Shown here: piece by piece, positions 35,560 through 47,637 of the stretch
How the letters are laid out: each line of letters opens with the position of its first letter
Numbering within the stretch: position 1 is the first letter of the stretch
Source of the DNA: Camelus dromedarius
Taxonomy: Eukaryota
Length of the DNA stretch: 64,000 nt
Direction: 5' to 3'
Assembly (NCBI RefSeq): GCF_036321535.1
Contig: NC_087472.1
Location: 61,628,001 to 61,692,000, forward strand
Position numbers and translations under genes: made by a program
The notes under the pieces: generated by a model
What the model was told of the DNA's origin: nothing
The model's database searches: none
Seen by the model: the letters and a program-made list of their open reading frames with translations, nothing else

Positions 35560-36500
35560 CTCCCAGCTGCTGTGTGAAGTAGACACTCAATATATTGCTG
35601 AGAAATCTGTACCCAGGGGCCCAGAAACACAGAGATACATCTGACACAGCTCCTCCCTCCTGGTCTGGAAAGGGTGTAAGATGTGTATCCAGATGGTTAT
35701 AATTCCAGGAAGAAAGTGGCTGGTGCTGTAAGAGGATTGGATAAGGTGCTCTGGAGCTTCTGAGGAAGGCAGACTTTCTCAGCTTGGAGGGCAGAAAAGA
35801 GGCGGGTGTCCTAGGGAGGAGGGCCAGGACAGCTCCCTGTGTTACCAGAGGAGAATAATTTATTGTCTCATGCACGAAAGGATTCAAGAGTGAGGCATGG
35901 TATAGTGAAAGTAAGTTTATTTAGAGAGATACACCCTCCACAGACAGAGTGCGGCCATCTCAGGAGGCAAGAGAGAGAGTGACCATGAGGCGCAGAGTTG
36001 TTGGTTTTTATGGGCTGGGTAACTTCATATGCTAACAAGTAGGAGGATTACTCCAACTCCGTTGGGGAAAGGGCGAGCATTCCCAGGAATTGAGCCTCGC
36101 CCACTTTTTGACCTTTTATGGGCAGCCTGGGAACTGTCATGGTGCCTGTGGGTGTGCCATGAGGTTCAAGGTCTACTGAAAGTCGAATCTTCCACCATCT
36201 TGGTTCTAACCAGTTAATCCTGTCCTCAATTGCTGTGTCATTCCTTCAATGGTTGTGCCCTGCCCCCTTCCCTCCTGTCTCTCCTGTAGGAAGTGGCGGT
36301 GGAGCTGGATCCTAACTGATGGGTAGGATTTGTAGAGGTGAAAGAAAGCAAGGCAGGTGTTCCAGGCAGCAGGGATAGCATGAGTGAAGGCATGGAGCAG
36401 GAATACTGAGTTTGGTTGAGCCCTAGCATGTATAAAGACAAGGGGTGGAAAGTAAGTTCCAGAAGGTGAATGGGAGCCAGATCATGAGGAGCTTCAAGCC
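35560..36500 (-). mobile_element. L2 fragment split by the ERV LTR at 35840-36282
   Basis: gacactcaatatattgctg.. on the left; gtaggatttgtagagg..gcaggtgttccaggcagcagggatagc..gggagccagatcatg on the right. Confidence 0.6.
35840..36282 (-). mobile_element. ERV1-class solo LTR (family A, copy 1)
   Basis: Antisense to the LTR at 53200; TTTATT (AATAAA on minus); 4-bp TSD cctg at 35836-35839 and 36283-36286. Confidence 0.85.
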
Positions 36501-36682
36501 ACCAAAACTCCAACCCTTCAGAGCTGAGGGAGCCCAGGGTCCCAGGGCTCAGGCTATGCCTGGACTCTCCATTTTTCCTTCTGCCCTCAGGAAAAAGCCA
36601 AAAGAACTGTTTCTCTGTGAAATCTCCACCTCAACTTATCCACACACAGGAGAAAGCTCTGAGCACCATTCACCCTGGGGTG

Positions 36683-36689
36683 GGTGTGT

Positions 36690-36727
<38 letters not shown>

Positions 36728-36735
36728 GTGTGTGT
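36683..36735. repeat. (GT)n microsatellite
   Basis: Directly visible. Confidence 0.95.
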
Positions 36736-37779
36736 AGTTGCACTTCTTTCCACCAAGCTTGCCTTCTGGCTGCTTCCAGCTCTAGCCAGCCCCCCATTTC
36801 ATCCTGAGGCCAAGATCCCCACTCCCCATTGTGAGAGCTGAGGATAAGTGGCCCTGACAGGGTGGCAAACTTGGTTGGGAACAGGACAGTGAGGCTGGTT
36901 CAGGTGCGTGGGCATCCCTGACTCTGAGCAGAAAGGAGTTCCTGAAGAAGACTAGGATGGGCAGCTGGGCCCCCTGAACAGAGGGGCAGAGAAAGGTGAT
37001 GGGGGACAGTTGTGGGAGATGAAAACACTGCTTGGTCACACAATAGGCCTGGGTGGAAATCCTCCTTCCTGTGTGTGACCTGGGAGAAGTCACTTCACTT
37101 TTCTGAGCCTCAGTTTCTGCATCTATCACACAGGAATGGTGACACCCATGCAGAGACATGATGGGATGCCACTGGACACACAGTAACCACTCAGCTGATG
37201 TCAACCACATCATCGTGAATAAGTGGACACTTAGGTATCTCAACAAGGAGGGATCTTTGTATAGTAGGGAAAACTTCCAGAGAGCGGGATTAATTCCTGG
37301 AATGTATTCCCTGGGAGGCTTAAAAGAGGGAGGCCCCACCCACTCGAGACTGGAGAATGATCCAGAGAGCCTGTGGGTTTCCTTGTCCTGTCTAAACTCT
37401 ATGTTTCACATCTCAGCAGAAAGAAATCCATTTTAGGTTTGGGGAGTTGGGGTGTAAGAACTTCTAACTTCTGCCTTAAGGTCCCAACACCAGGCCCAGC
37501 CACGTTACCCTCCCATCTCTCCCTTTTCCCAGGTCCTTTGGCCCTTGTTACGCCAAATGGGAATAAACAGGCCTGCACTGCATTCTGTGGGGTGAGAGAG
37601 AATGTCAGCAAAGAGGAGGTGACAGGCAGGGCTGTGCGCAGGGAGTGGGGGAAGGGGGCCAGGCAGCCCCGGGGAAGGTGTGAGTGAAAGGGAAGAAGCT
37701 GTTCTTTCGGGGCTCTGTCCTCCCTGGTCCCCAGCTAGATGGGGGGAGGGAGAGGGGAAGCAGGCCCAGAGGGATGGGA

Positions 37780-38200
37780 GGCCATCCCCAAATTTGGTAA
37801 TTAGGCCTCTCTGTGTGGTTTTCCTGCTCCAGAAAATGTTAACTTATTGCAATTTGAAAAATGATCGAGCCAGGGCTGGGGACTCAGCAGCTGGTGCAAG
37901 GGAGAGAGAAATCTCTTTTTGTTCTGCAGGGAATTGGGCTGCAGCCCCCACCCCCACCCTGCTCCCCAGCCGGCCATCCTTCTCCTGGAGTGTCGAATGT
38001 CGACAGGCTCCTCCCAGGAGCGGCCTGCCTTCCTCGGGGGCTGAACCGGCCGGCCGGCATTTATCAAAAGCCTGGAAGCTTCCGAGGGAGAGAGGTGTAT
38101 GGGGAGGTATGTGAGCTACCCCGGCTGGGGGTGGGGCCTCGATGATTCTCGGGCAGCCTCTGGGGTCACCGTGGGGGCTGCAGCCGAGGGCCTGAGCTAG
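37780..38200. promoter_or_regulatory. Enhancer/promoter-like repeat-free, CpG-retaining element
   Basis: TAATTA 37798-37803, RUNX TGTGGTT 37814-37820, ATTGCAAT 37846-37853, CpG cluster at 37970-38180. Confidence 0.45.
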
Positions 38201-38308
38201 GAAGGGAGGCCTGGAGAGGGGCAGCTGGCTGTAAGCAGTGTGGGAGCCTCCCGTCCTCTTCCTTGCTCCTGTCAAGCTCTGTCCCACCTGCCTGGCTGCC
38301 CCCCTCAC

Positions 38309-38480
38309 CTCTATTGTTCAGCCAGACAAAAGATGATTATGGAAAAACAGCCTGCACCCAGCAGGCAGGCTCAGCAAATCAACAAATCCCCAAATCTCCT
38401 GCTGCTGCCGCCGCTGCTGCTGCTGCCTGGCAGGGGCCCCACTGGGCCGAGGACCCTGGTCGTCATTTGCACCCACCTAT
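38309..38480 (-). other. Candidate 5' non-coding exon with an interrupted (CAG/CGG) repeat
   Basis: Minus strand: ggcagcagcagcagcggcggcagcagcaggagatttgg...aacaatagag|GTGAGG donor (intron starts at 38308). Confidence 0.3.
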
Positions 38481-40721
38481 GGCATGGAGCACTGTCTGCT
38501 GTGCCCTCCAGGGACAGTTCCTGTCTCATCTCCCGGAGCCCAGACCTCCATTCTGTGAGCCTCTGCCCCACACAGGAGGCTCCAACGTGGCTGCTTCTTA
38601 CCAGTCCTTGTCATCCCTCCTGCCCACATGGCTTTCAGTCCATTCATCGGCAGGCACTGTGGATGTCCCCTCTGTGCAGGGCGCTGTGCTGGGTACGAGG
38701 ACACGAAGGTGAGCAAGGCACAGGCCCTGCCCTGAAGGCGGTTCTAAGAGGGGAAAGACACAGAAGCGGGAAAAGTGCTTTTAGACAACTCAGATCACTG
38801 CCTTCATCACTCACTCACTGTTTGCATCTGCATCAGCTTCGCGTCCACCTCCCCCAGCCCTCACTTCTCCCTCCTCTCCACGTCCCCCCACACCCGCCGC
38901 CACCGCCTCTTCCTGGCTCTCCTAGCTCCTAAGACTGTGCCTGCCAGCATCAACCCCAGTACTGTAGTCTTCATCACTGTCATCCCCATCATCACTATTT
39001 TTCAATTCCTCATTCCTGCAAATCTATTCCCTGCCCTCTAGGAATTTAGAGCCTGAAAACTGACAAGCCAAGAGGGCACAACTCTTCAGACACAAAAATA
39101 AAACCCCCTTTTGTGCCTGTGTAGGAAAGTATGTACACCAGCGTCTTCAGTTCCAGCAACCTCTGGGGGGCTTCTGGAATCTCTCACATCTGGCTGGAGC
39201 TTGGCAATGAGATTCAGATCAGTTCCTGGCCTACAAAAATGTTCTTCATCCTGTCTCTTCTCCCAGTGGGTCAGCGTTAGCCCTTCTGCAGGCTGAGAGC
39301 CAAGGAGCCAAAGAAATCCAGCCCAGGGACTAAGGGTGGTGTCTGTTTGCATTTCAGCTGGAACCTGCCGGCAGCTGGCCAGTGTGGAATTCACAGCATT
39401 CCTGCTGGGCCTGGGCTTGGCTCAGGTGCCACCCATCCTGGCCTGGCAGACAGTATAGATAAGAGGGCTCCGGAGTTCCAGGGCTCCAGACAGAGCACCC
39501 CTTTGCTGAGTCACAGTGCCTCAATGGGCTTCCCAGAGGAGAATGGTAGGGGTCCCAGAAAGTCAGGGTTCAGGTGGGAAGCTTATCAGCACCAAGAGGG
39601 AGAGGCTGCCACTGGGCCAGGCCAGCTCGGGCTGTCAAGCAAGAACCTGTTGGAGATTTTTGCACACTCATGCAAAGTGACCTCCGCCAGCGTACAGGGT
39701 TCATGAAATGCTCTGTGTCTCTTAGGAGCCTCACTGACCACCACTAGAGGTAGGAAGGATAGGCAAAGACTCCTACTTTCCATTTGACAGATAAACAAAC
39801 TGAAGCCCAGAAAAGCCTCAGCAAGCAATCCTGGTGGAGTTTAAGGCTTCTTCTTGCAGGCTGCCTGAGGCATTTTGTTTGTTTGTTTGTTTGTTTGTTT
39901 GTTGAGACCAGAGTACCAGAAATTTATTTAACTCTCCACTTTTCCCTCCACTTTTCCCAAAGCACAACTAGCCATACACACCGGGGGCAGGGCGGGGGGC
40001 AGTCTCCCAGCTCTGCTCTTGTGCATCAGGCCAGGCTGACCAGCACGAGGACACCCCAGAGCCCGGCTCAGAGATGGGGACACAGAGAGAAGAACAGGAC
40101 AATCTGAGGGTGGAGGCTTCTGGCTGGAAGTCCCAGACCCCTAGTAGGAAGGGAGGAGGTATGTAGAGCAGACGGGGCCCCAAGAGCCACCAAAGGGCAC
40201 AGGGGAGGACAGGCTAGAGGAATTCCTAGACCAGTAAGGAGAGACTTGACTGTGACATTGTCCAGGGCTTCCACGTGATACACAGAAGGTTGGAAGCCAG
40301 TATGACCTTGCTGGCCTCTCCCAGGTCCCCCAGTATCCTATGAAGAGCATCTGCAAAACTCAGCCAAGCTCTTAAGTTATTTTCTTTTGGCTAAGGAGGA
40401 GGCGATGTGAGGAAAGGGTTTTCACTAACCAAGTGGCTAAGAGAGGTGGTCCTTCTCCTTGCTGGCACCAGGCTACCCTAGCACCCAGGCCAGTGCCCTG
40501 TCCACTGAAGAGCCTCCCATGGCCCCCGGGCCAGGGGCAGGGCAGTGGGGTCCTCACCCTGCCCCTCTTCTCTCAAGTCTCCAGGGTCTCCAGGCTCTCC
40601 TGCTTGACTGCCTTCCCTGCTGCTCTGTGCCAGCCCACTTCCTGTTATTCTCAGCTTGAACCTGCGGGTATCTGCTCCACACCTGCCACCGGGAGACCCT
40701 TGTCCCCGGCAAATGTGCCAA

Positions 40722-40905
40722 CCCAGTGGTTTTCCAAGTAGGTTTGCAGACTGGCAGCATCAGCACCCCCTGGGACCTTATTAACCACACAAGCTCTCAG
40801 CTCGTTCCCAAATCTACTGAATCAGAGACTTTGGGGTAGGACCCAGCAATCTGTGTTTTAATAAGCCCTCCTGGTAATTCTGCTGTCTGATAGAGTTTGA
40901 GAACC
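40722..40905. mobile_element. MER5A hAT-Charlie
   Basis: cagtggttttccaag..gcagcatcagcacccc..ctactgaatcagagac..ttttaataagccctcc..gtttgagaacca. Confidence 0.85.
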
Positions 40906-40914
40906 AGGAGCAGA

Positions 40915-41070
40915 AAGAGGGCAGTGGACCCAGGCCCACCTGGATTCAAATCTCAGCTCTGCCGTGACAGGCTGTGTAACTTAAATCAGGTCGGTACATC
41001 TCCTTAATCCTCAGTTGCCTCATCTGTGAAATGGAGATCATGGTACCTGGCTGCCTGAGACTAGCATTAA
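40915..41070 (+). mobile_element. MIR
   Basis: cctggattcaaatctcagctctgcc..cctcagttgcctcatctgtgaaatgg. Confidence 0.8.
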
Positions 41071-41339
41071 TTTTATTCACTCTAAGGAAAACAAGGGTTC
41101 ATGAACAATTAGAGCCAAAGCTGCGGGTCCCAGAATTCTTTAAGAGGGGGTCAGACGAGCACACTGTGGAGTGAGTATATAGCGTGTTTAGTCAGGAGGC
41201 CTGTATGACCGGAATCCAGGATGTCCACTGTATATCCCACCTCCTTGGTTACCTCTGCCAACTCTACCAAGTGTCACACATGTCAAACCCTTAAGCCTTG
41301 GACTAGTTGTTTCTTCTGCCTGGAATTACTTATCCAAAG

Positions 41340-41760
41340 AGCCTGTGAAAATTATTCCTTCCCCATGAAGCTTTCTGAATCAGAAATTGCATTCAGTGCA
41401 CCCCCACCCCAATCTGGTTTAAACAAACAGGGGTTTACAGTCTCTCAGGCAAGAAGTCTGGAGTTAGGCAGTTCAGGGATGGCACAGTGGCCCTGTGAAG
41501 TCAGGAAGGGCCTCAACTCCTTCTGGCTTTGGGCTTTCACATCCCACCTTCACTTGCCACGTTCCATCAGGATTCAAAATGGCTCATGGAGCGCCAGTCA
41601 TCACATTATCATTCTAGACAACAGAAAAGGGCAAGGGCACACATCCTAGCTGAGTCAGCTTACTTTTCAGCAGCTTTTCTAGAAGTCCCACATTCGTTTT
41701 CTGTTTCACTGGTCAGAATTTAGTCACATGGTGTACAAGAGCCTAGAATAGTCTTCTGGT
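41340..41760 (-). mobile_element. Old MaLR LTR (MLT1J/K-like)
   Basis: ggtttaaacaaacagggg..aggcaagaagtctggag..caaaatggct..ggtcagaatttagtcacatgg. Confidence 0.6.
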
Positions 41761-42342
41761 GAGGTATTGCCACCATGGAGAACATTGAGGTTTTGTCATT
41801 AGGGGAAAGGAGGAGAGTGGATGCTGGCTGGAAACCCTGACAGCAGTCCTTATAACAGCTCCCCTTCTCCTCCCAGAAGAGTTGATCACCTCTAGCCCCA
41901 TTTTCCCTCCTCCCTTCCAGCATTTGGGGCTCTGCATTGAAATCTAGCACCCAGCTGCAGTAAGTCCACCAGGCAGGAAGGAGTCCCCAGCTGCTGCTTC
42001 ACTCAGCCCAGCTCAAAGGCAAGGCTTGAGTAGCGGCTTCAGTGAGCAAGCGTGAACACGAGGGTGCAGGGCCTCGCAGAGAGGGCTGGCTTAGATCAGC
42101 CTCAAGTTTGAATTGGAATCCTGCCATTCAGTGACTCTGTGACCTTAGCCAGTAGTAACATGACCTCTGAACACTTTCTAGGTGCCAGCCAAGTGGTTTT
42201 CATATATCATCTCATTTAATCCTCAGCAAGGTTGGTGTTCTTATTACCTCCATTTTAGAGCTGAGAAAATTGGAGGTTAAACAACTTGTCCAAGGTCCCC
42301 CAGCTCGTAAGATGTGGAACCAGGCTTCAAATCAGGCAGTCT

Positions 42343-42503
42343 AGGGAGTGGTGGGTATAGCTCAGTGGTAGAGTGCCTGCTTAGCATGCATGAGGTCCTA
42401 GGTTTAATCCTCAGTACCTCCATTAAAAAAATAAATAAGCCTAATTACCCCTCCTAAAATATAATTAAAAAATAATAAAAGAAAACATTACAAAATTTTT
42501 AAA
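42343..42503 (+). mobile_element. Camelid tRNA-Ala SINE inserted in a MIR (about 42170-42540)
   Basis: gggtatagctcagtggtagagtgcctgcttagcatgc; perfect 14-bp TSD aaatcaggcagtct at 42329-42342 and 42504-42517. Confidence 0.92.
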
Positions 42504-43874
42504 AAATCAGGCAGTCTGAGCGAGAGCTCAGGCTCATCTCGACTGCATAGTCCAAGACTCGCCATACCTCAGGCTCCTCATTGGTGAAGAAGGTAGACAT
42601 CTCCCTCACTTTGCAGGGTTGGCTCAGAGATTTAATGGCATGGCACATATGAACGTGCCTTCCATTTTGCCAGGCACCCTGAAAGCTCTTTCTTTTCTCC
42701 TTCTACTTCTGACAAAGGCCCAGTGCTGGCAGACCTGGATTTCCTTTGGAGGTCAGCGTTGCTGTCCCCCTTACTCCTGTCTTCCTGTCAGTGTCTAAGT
42801 CCCCTGAGCACAAGGATCTGCCCATCTCTGCACCAAGACAAGGTTATTGGCACAGACATCCTCCACCCAGGGGACAACCCACACTATAGCTATTTCTGCC
42901 TCCGAGAGGAGCTGCTCCTGGAGGATGGAGGTAGCCACACCCAGCTCTGAGAAGTGGTGGGGTTGATGTGACATTTTAGGATAGATGGAGGCCAGAGAGG
43001 GACTGTGGCCTGCCCCAGGTCACATGATGGGTCTGTGGCAGGGACAGGCTTCAAACAAGAAGTGGACAGTGAGCTGGATGCATCTCCTCCCCTTTCAGGG
43101 CCATTCATTTCTTGAGTGCCTCAGATTGCCTGGTCTGAAAGGAAACCTCCATCAGGATGGTGACATTTCAATCCTACTTGAGCTTTAAGATCCAGGCTCC
43201 ATAGCACCTCCTCCAGGAAGTTGACATCTCCCTTACCTCTACTGTGCGACTCATGGGGCTGGTGGCTCTGCCTCCCTGATATCATGCTGATCGCACTATA
43301 ATGGGATCATTCCTCCTCCAGACCAGGAGCCTTAGGAGGCCAGGGACTGTGTCCCACGGAGCTCTGCACACACGGGCCCTGCCATGGGCTGGTCCCACAG
43401 TAGGTGTTTGACAGATGTTTGATGATAGAATGAATGAATTAATTAATGAATGAGGAACACATGAATGAGGGACTGGGCATCCTTTCTCTTCACCTGGGCC
43501 CTAGGAGGCTGGGTGGGTGGTAACAAGCCAGGGCTGGCAGAAAAGTGTTTTTCCCTGGAACCACAAGAAAAGTGGAGAAAGAAAGTAACATTACAGGAAA
43601 GCCAATTCCCCGTGGCATTTGTTGCCCAAGTTTTGCTGCAGGAGAGAGGCGAGTGGCAAAACAGGTGTGTGAGCAGATAATACAATCTTCTTCCCTAACA
43701 CCCACATTGTGAACCATGGAGCCAGTAGCCAGAATATTAAATCCCTGGTGCCTCCTAATAGTACCCATCAATATTTATTATAACAAGAGGCAAAGACTGC
43801 TATCAGCAAGAGGGAGAGGATATAATATATATATATGAAAGCAAGACACAACTTATTATTTCTACTTAGTTGCA

Positions 43875-43925
43875 AGAGAAGAAAAGAAGAAGAAGAAGGA
43901 GAAGGAAGGAGGAGAAGAAGAAGAA
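43875..43925. repeat. (GAA/GGA)n purine tract
   Basis: agaagaaaagaagaagaagaaggagaaggaaggaggagaagaagaagaa. Confidence 0.85.
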
Positions 43926-44734
43926 TGACAATAATGATACGAGACAGCCTTGAAAAAGGAGCTTTGTTGATTTCCTTGTGCTGAGAAGATAGGTCCTTCA
44001 GCAAGAGCCTCACTTAGTCTCCATGTGTCCACCCCGCTGAGGTTTTGATGTTCCACTTTCATCAAGAATATTGAGCATGAAATGCCAACATTATGTGGGC
44101 TGTCTGGCAACAGTTGATGAAGAGATGGAGTGTGGAGCGGAAGAGTGCCAGAGACGCCTGCCTCCACTGCACGGGGACAAAGCGCTGGTTTAATTTGGCC
44201 CTTGGGAACAGTGACAGCCCAAGAGAGCAAAGCAGGGTACATCTGGGCCCTCTGCCACTCATCACCGTGGGAGGCCTGACTTGGGGGCCGGGTTGGGGGT
44301 GTTGAATGAGGCAGGATTACAGTGTGATCCTGAGGGTGGCGGAGGATCTGAGGTTCCAGTGCTGCAGACCCTTGGAAGGAGGGGTGGACCAGTGCACGCC
44401 TAGCCTTTTAAGATCAGCGGATCATGAGGTTGGGAGCTGTGGGATTTGGCTTCTAGTTGCAAATTTTGAACTCCAAAGAACTGGCTCACAGAGCTCCCTG
44501 CGCTGGCAAGAATCCTCTTACTCAGCCAGTCCTGCTGCCTTGGGACACAACCAAAGGCATGTCCAGATGAGCTGGGTCTCAGCTTCTCACACCACAAAAG
44601 TTTGCAGTCTCCTCAGAGGTCAAGTCCATCTCCAAGCTTCAGGGTCCACTCCTCCTACCCAAGTCCCACACTTGAGAGGAATTTGGGGGCATTGTTGTCT
44701 TAGACATGTCTCGAAGTGCTATCCAGGGTGAGCC

Positions 44735-45048
44735 ACAGGGGTATCCCGGGGCAGCTTATTAGGAATGCAGAATCTCAGGCCCCACCCTAGAATCCACTGA
44801 ATCCCAATAGTCATTTGATATGATCCCTGGGTGATTTGTCTTCACATTCAAGTTGGAGAAACTCTGCTTTTGAAGAATTGTTCTCAGCCTCAGGTGCACA
44901 TGAGACTCACAAAGGAACTGTTGAAAAATGCTAATGCCCGGGCCACAGCACAAAGTGATAAAATTCCAGTCTCTGGGGATGTGACCTGAGCACAGGCACT
45001 TCTAAAGAGCTCCCAGACGATTTGAATGTGCAGCCAAGGTTGTGAACC
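44735..45048. mobile_element. Two adjacent MER5-type (MER5A/B) hAT fossils
   Basis: ttattaggaatgcagaatctcaggccccacccta.. and ttctcagcctc..gaaaaatgctaatgcccgggcc..tgaatgtgcagccaaggttg. Confidence 0.75.
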
Positions 45049-45580
45049 CAGGACTCCTCACAGTCAAGGAGTCTTCCAGGTGTGGGACTACTGCAGGCTT
45101 CCCCTTGAAGCTCCAGCCCACTGGCTCTCCCTCTATCAGGCGAGAGAGGTAGCACCCACATGTCCTTCTCCCTAAGAATACTTTTGAGATGCCAGGGCCT
45201 TCCAGTGCCCCAGCCTTCATTCTTCCTGTGTCACTTCTGTAACAAGCCAGGAAGACTTCACAGAGGGGTAGTGGAACTGGGAAACCTCCTGGCCCCAGAG
45301 CTCACCTCCATCCTCATACCCAAGGGCACTAGATCCTGGTCAGAGGCTGCCCACACCCTTGGGTGCTCTCCCACAGGCCAAGTGTTCAGAACTGTGATGC
45401 CCCTTTCTGTGCCTCTCTATAGGACACTCTGATGTCTTGGGTTAATAGGACCCATAATGGACAGATCACCACCACTTTTATCCCATCTCCAGAAAAGCTG
45501 CCCTGTTGGTTTACAACTCGGGGGTGTTGAGAAGAGTTAGTACTGCCTTAATCCGAGGTATTCCTGAAGAAAATAATTAG

Positions 45581-46081
45581 TGATACAGGAAATGGGGCTC
45601 AAGAGGATGGCTGTGTCCCAGGTCTCAGTCGAGTCCCTGGGATGTGCCCTGCCAAATGAGGGTCCTTGGCTTCACTCAGGAAAGAGCAATGGCAGAGAGA
45701 ATGTAGATTTATTCAGAGATGCACACTCCACAGACAAATCACAGGCCTTCTCAGAAGGCCAGAGAGGCCATGAGGTGTGAGGTTGTTAGTTTTTATGGGC
45801 TTGGTAACTTCATATGGAACAAGTGGGAAGATTATTCCAACTACTTTGGGAAAGGGTTTGGGATTCCCAGGAATTGGATCATCACCCGCTTTTTGACTTT
45901 TTATGATCAGCCTTGAAACTGTCATGGCACCTATGGGTGTGTCATTTAGCATGCTAATGTATTACAATGAGCTTATAATGAAGCCCAAGGTCTACTGAGA
46001 GTTGAATCTTCTGCCATCTTGGTGCTAATTGCTGTGTCGTTCTTTTAATGGTGGTGCCCTGCAGCCTTCTCTCCTGTCTCA
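45581..46081 (-). mobile_element. ERV1-class solo LTR (family A, copy 2; different U5 end)
   Basis: TG..CA termini (tgatacagg..ctcctgtctca); homologous to 35840-36282; TSD ttag / ctag. Confidence 0.85.
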
Positions 46082-46620
46082 CTAGGACCATAGGGAAAAG
46101 ATTATAAGGAGGTAATTCCTCAGATGATTTTCTTAAAGAGCTTTCCTAGAACTTAGACCTAACAATGGTCTGCCATGTGAGGTAATGAGCTCTCTGACAC
46201 TAGAGGTGAGCAAGCAGGGACATCTGGGAGGGAAACTAGAAAAAGCCTGTCTCATCCAGTGGGAGTGGTGGTGGGGGCTGATCACTTCAAAAATCTCCAG
46301 CCCTGAGCACTTTCTTACACGATCAATTGTCAAATAAAGATGAGAGGTGTGATCTAGTCCAAAGGCTTGTTCTAGAAAAGCTTGGGGATCGTAAAATCTG
46401 GAGCAAGTCTACAGAAGAGAAAAAATGAAAACAGACTCTGTTCTAGTCCTCACACGGCCACTGACTGGCTGGGCTATGTGACCTTGGACAAATGTATTCC
46501 CATCTCTAGGTATCAAGCTGAGGGACTAAACTCCATGGGCTTGGGAGGTCCTGATAGCCAGGGCTGGCATTTTGCAGCTCTGGTGGATGCCATTTACCTA
46601 GACCACACTCTGTCCTAAGA

Positions 46621-46951
46621 CTAGATGCTCTATGATTTGCGAGGGCCAGTGCAAAATAAAAATGCAAGCCCTCTTGATTAAAAATGAAGAATTTGTCGGG
46701 GGAGGGCATAGCTCAGTGGTAGAATGAGTGCTTAGCATACACAAGGTCCTGGGTTCAATCCCCAGTACTTCCATTTAAAAAATAACTAAATACCTAACTA
46801 AATAAATAAACCAAATTACAGCCCCTCCCCCCCCAAAAAACACACACACACAAACAAAAATGAAGAATTTTGAAGCAGGGAGAGCAGAGCATCACACCAA
46901 GTGTGAGGCCCTGTGGACTGCAGCACTAGCACACCCAGGAAGCTGGCCCTG
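46621..46951. mobile_element. MER91-like hAT-Tip100 element interrupted by a SINE
   Basis: gggccagtgcaaaataaaaatgc..gcagagcatcacaccaagtgtgaggccctgtg..gctggccctg. Confidence 0.65.
46695..46855 (+). mobile_element. Camelid tRNA-Ala SINE
   Basis: ggggagggcatagctcagtggtag..; perfect 15-bp TSD aaaaatgaagaattt at 46680-46694 and 46856-46870. Confidence 0.93.
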
Positions 46952-47149
46952 ACAAGAGAAGGGAGTGAAGGCAGGCAGCAGGCGGGAGGGGCAGCAAGGC
47001 AGAGATGGGGCTTGGCTCGTACCTTAGCATTTCTGCTCCTGCTGCCCCCTTCAACCTCTGGAGCCTGGCAGCCCTACCTGAAGCCTTTAGCTGTTTAGTT
47101 AGGAGGGTGGGCAGGAAACCTAGGGAAGCCAGGGGCCTGCTGACCTGGG

Positions 47150-47460
47150 AGGACTGAATTAGGAGGAAATGATTTGAGAGGTAATCAATACGCTCAATTG
47201 CAGTTCATTAACATCTAATGAGTCCTTTAACTGCTCAGCCTCCACTGGGGCCTGGCCAGTACTGTCAACTCTCCCAGCTCCTGCTTTCCCTGCCATGTCA
47301 TTTATTCTCCTAGAGGCTGATCCCAGGTGTGAGGCAGCTGTGGTGGGGGTGGGGGGGAGGGAGGGACAGCGAGGGAGCACCTGACAGCCACTGACAGAAT
47401 GCTGCGGCTGGAAGAGCCCTCAGGTTCATTCCAGTCCAATCAATATGTGATACAGTGAGA
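47150..47460. promoter_or_regulatory. Enhancer-like element with TALE/homeodomain motifs
   Basis: TAATCAAT 47182, TGACAG at 47263 (reverse complement), 47382 and 47392, CCAATCAAT 47436, short-loop G4 at 47345-47365. Confidence 0.45.
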
Positions 47461-47502
47461 AAACCGCAGCCAGAGGAGTTAAGACTCAAAGCATGGAATT
47501 GG

Positions 47503-47637
47503 TTGTTTTTTATCTTGGGGTGGCATGTAATTAGGTTTATTTATTTATTTATTTTTAATGGCGGTGCTGGGGTTTGAACCAAGGACCTCGTGCATGCTAA
47601 GCATGTGCTCTACCATGAGCTGTACACTCCCCTGCCT
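47503..47637 (-). mobile_element. Camelid tRNA-Ala SINE
   Basis: Antisense head; TSD aaagcatggaattgg 47488-47502 / aaaacatggaattgg 47638-47652. Confidence 0.92.

Noticed and set aside
38240-38932. 230-aa plus-strand ORF with a poly-Leu, signal-peptide-like stretch
   Set aside because: The Leu run is the CTG triplet repeat, the C-terminal part lies in L2 and low-complexity sequence, and no protein family matches.
35840-46081. Two same-orientation related LTRs about 10 kb apart, resembling a full provirus
   Set aside because: Each has its own TSD, their U5 ends differ, and the interior is ancient MIR, L2, MER5 and unique DNA with no gag/pol/env. They are independent solo LTRs.
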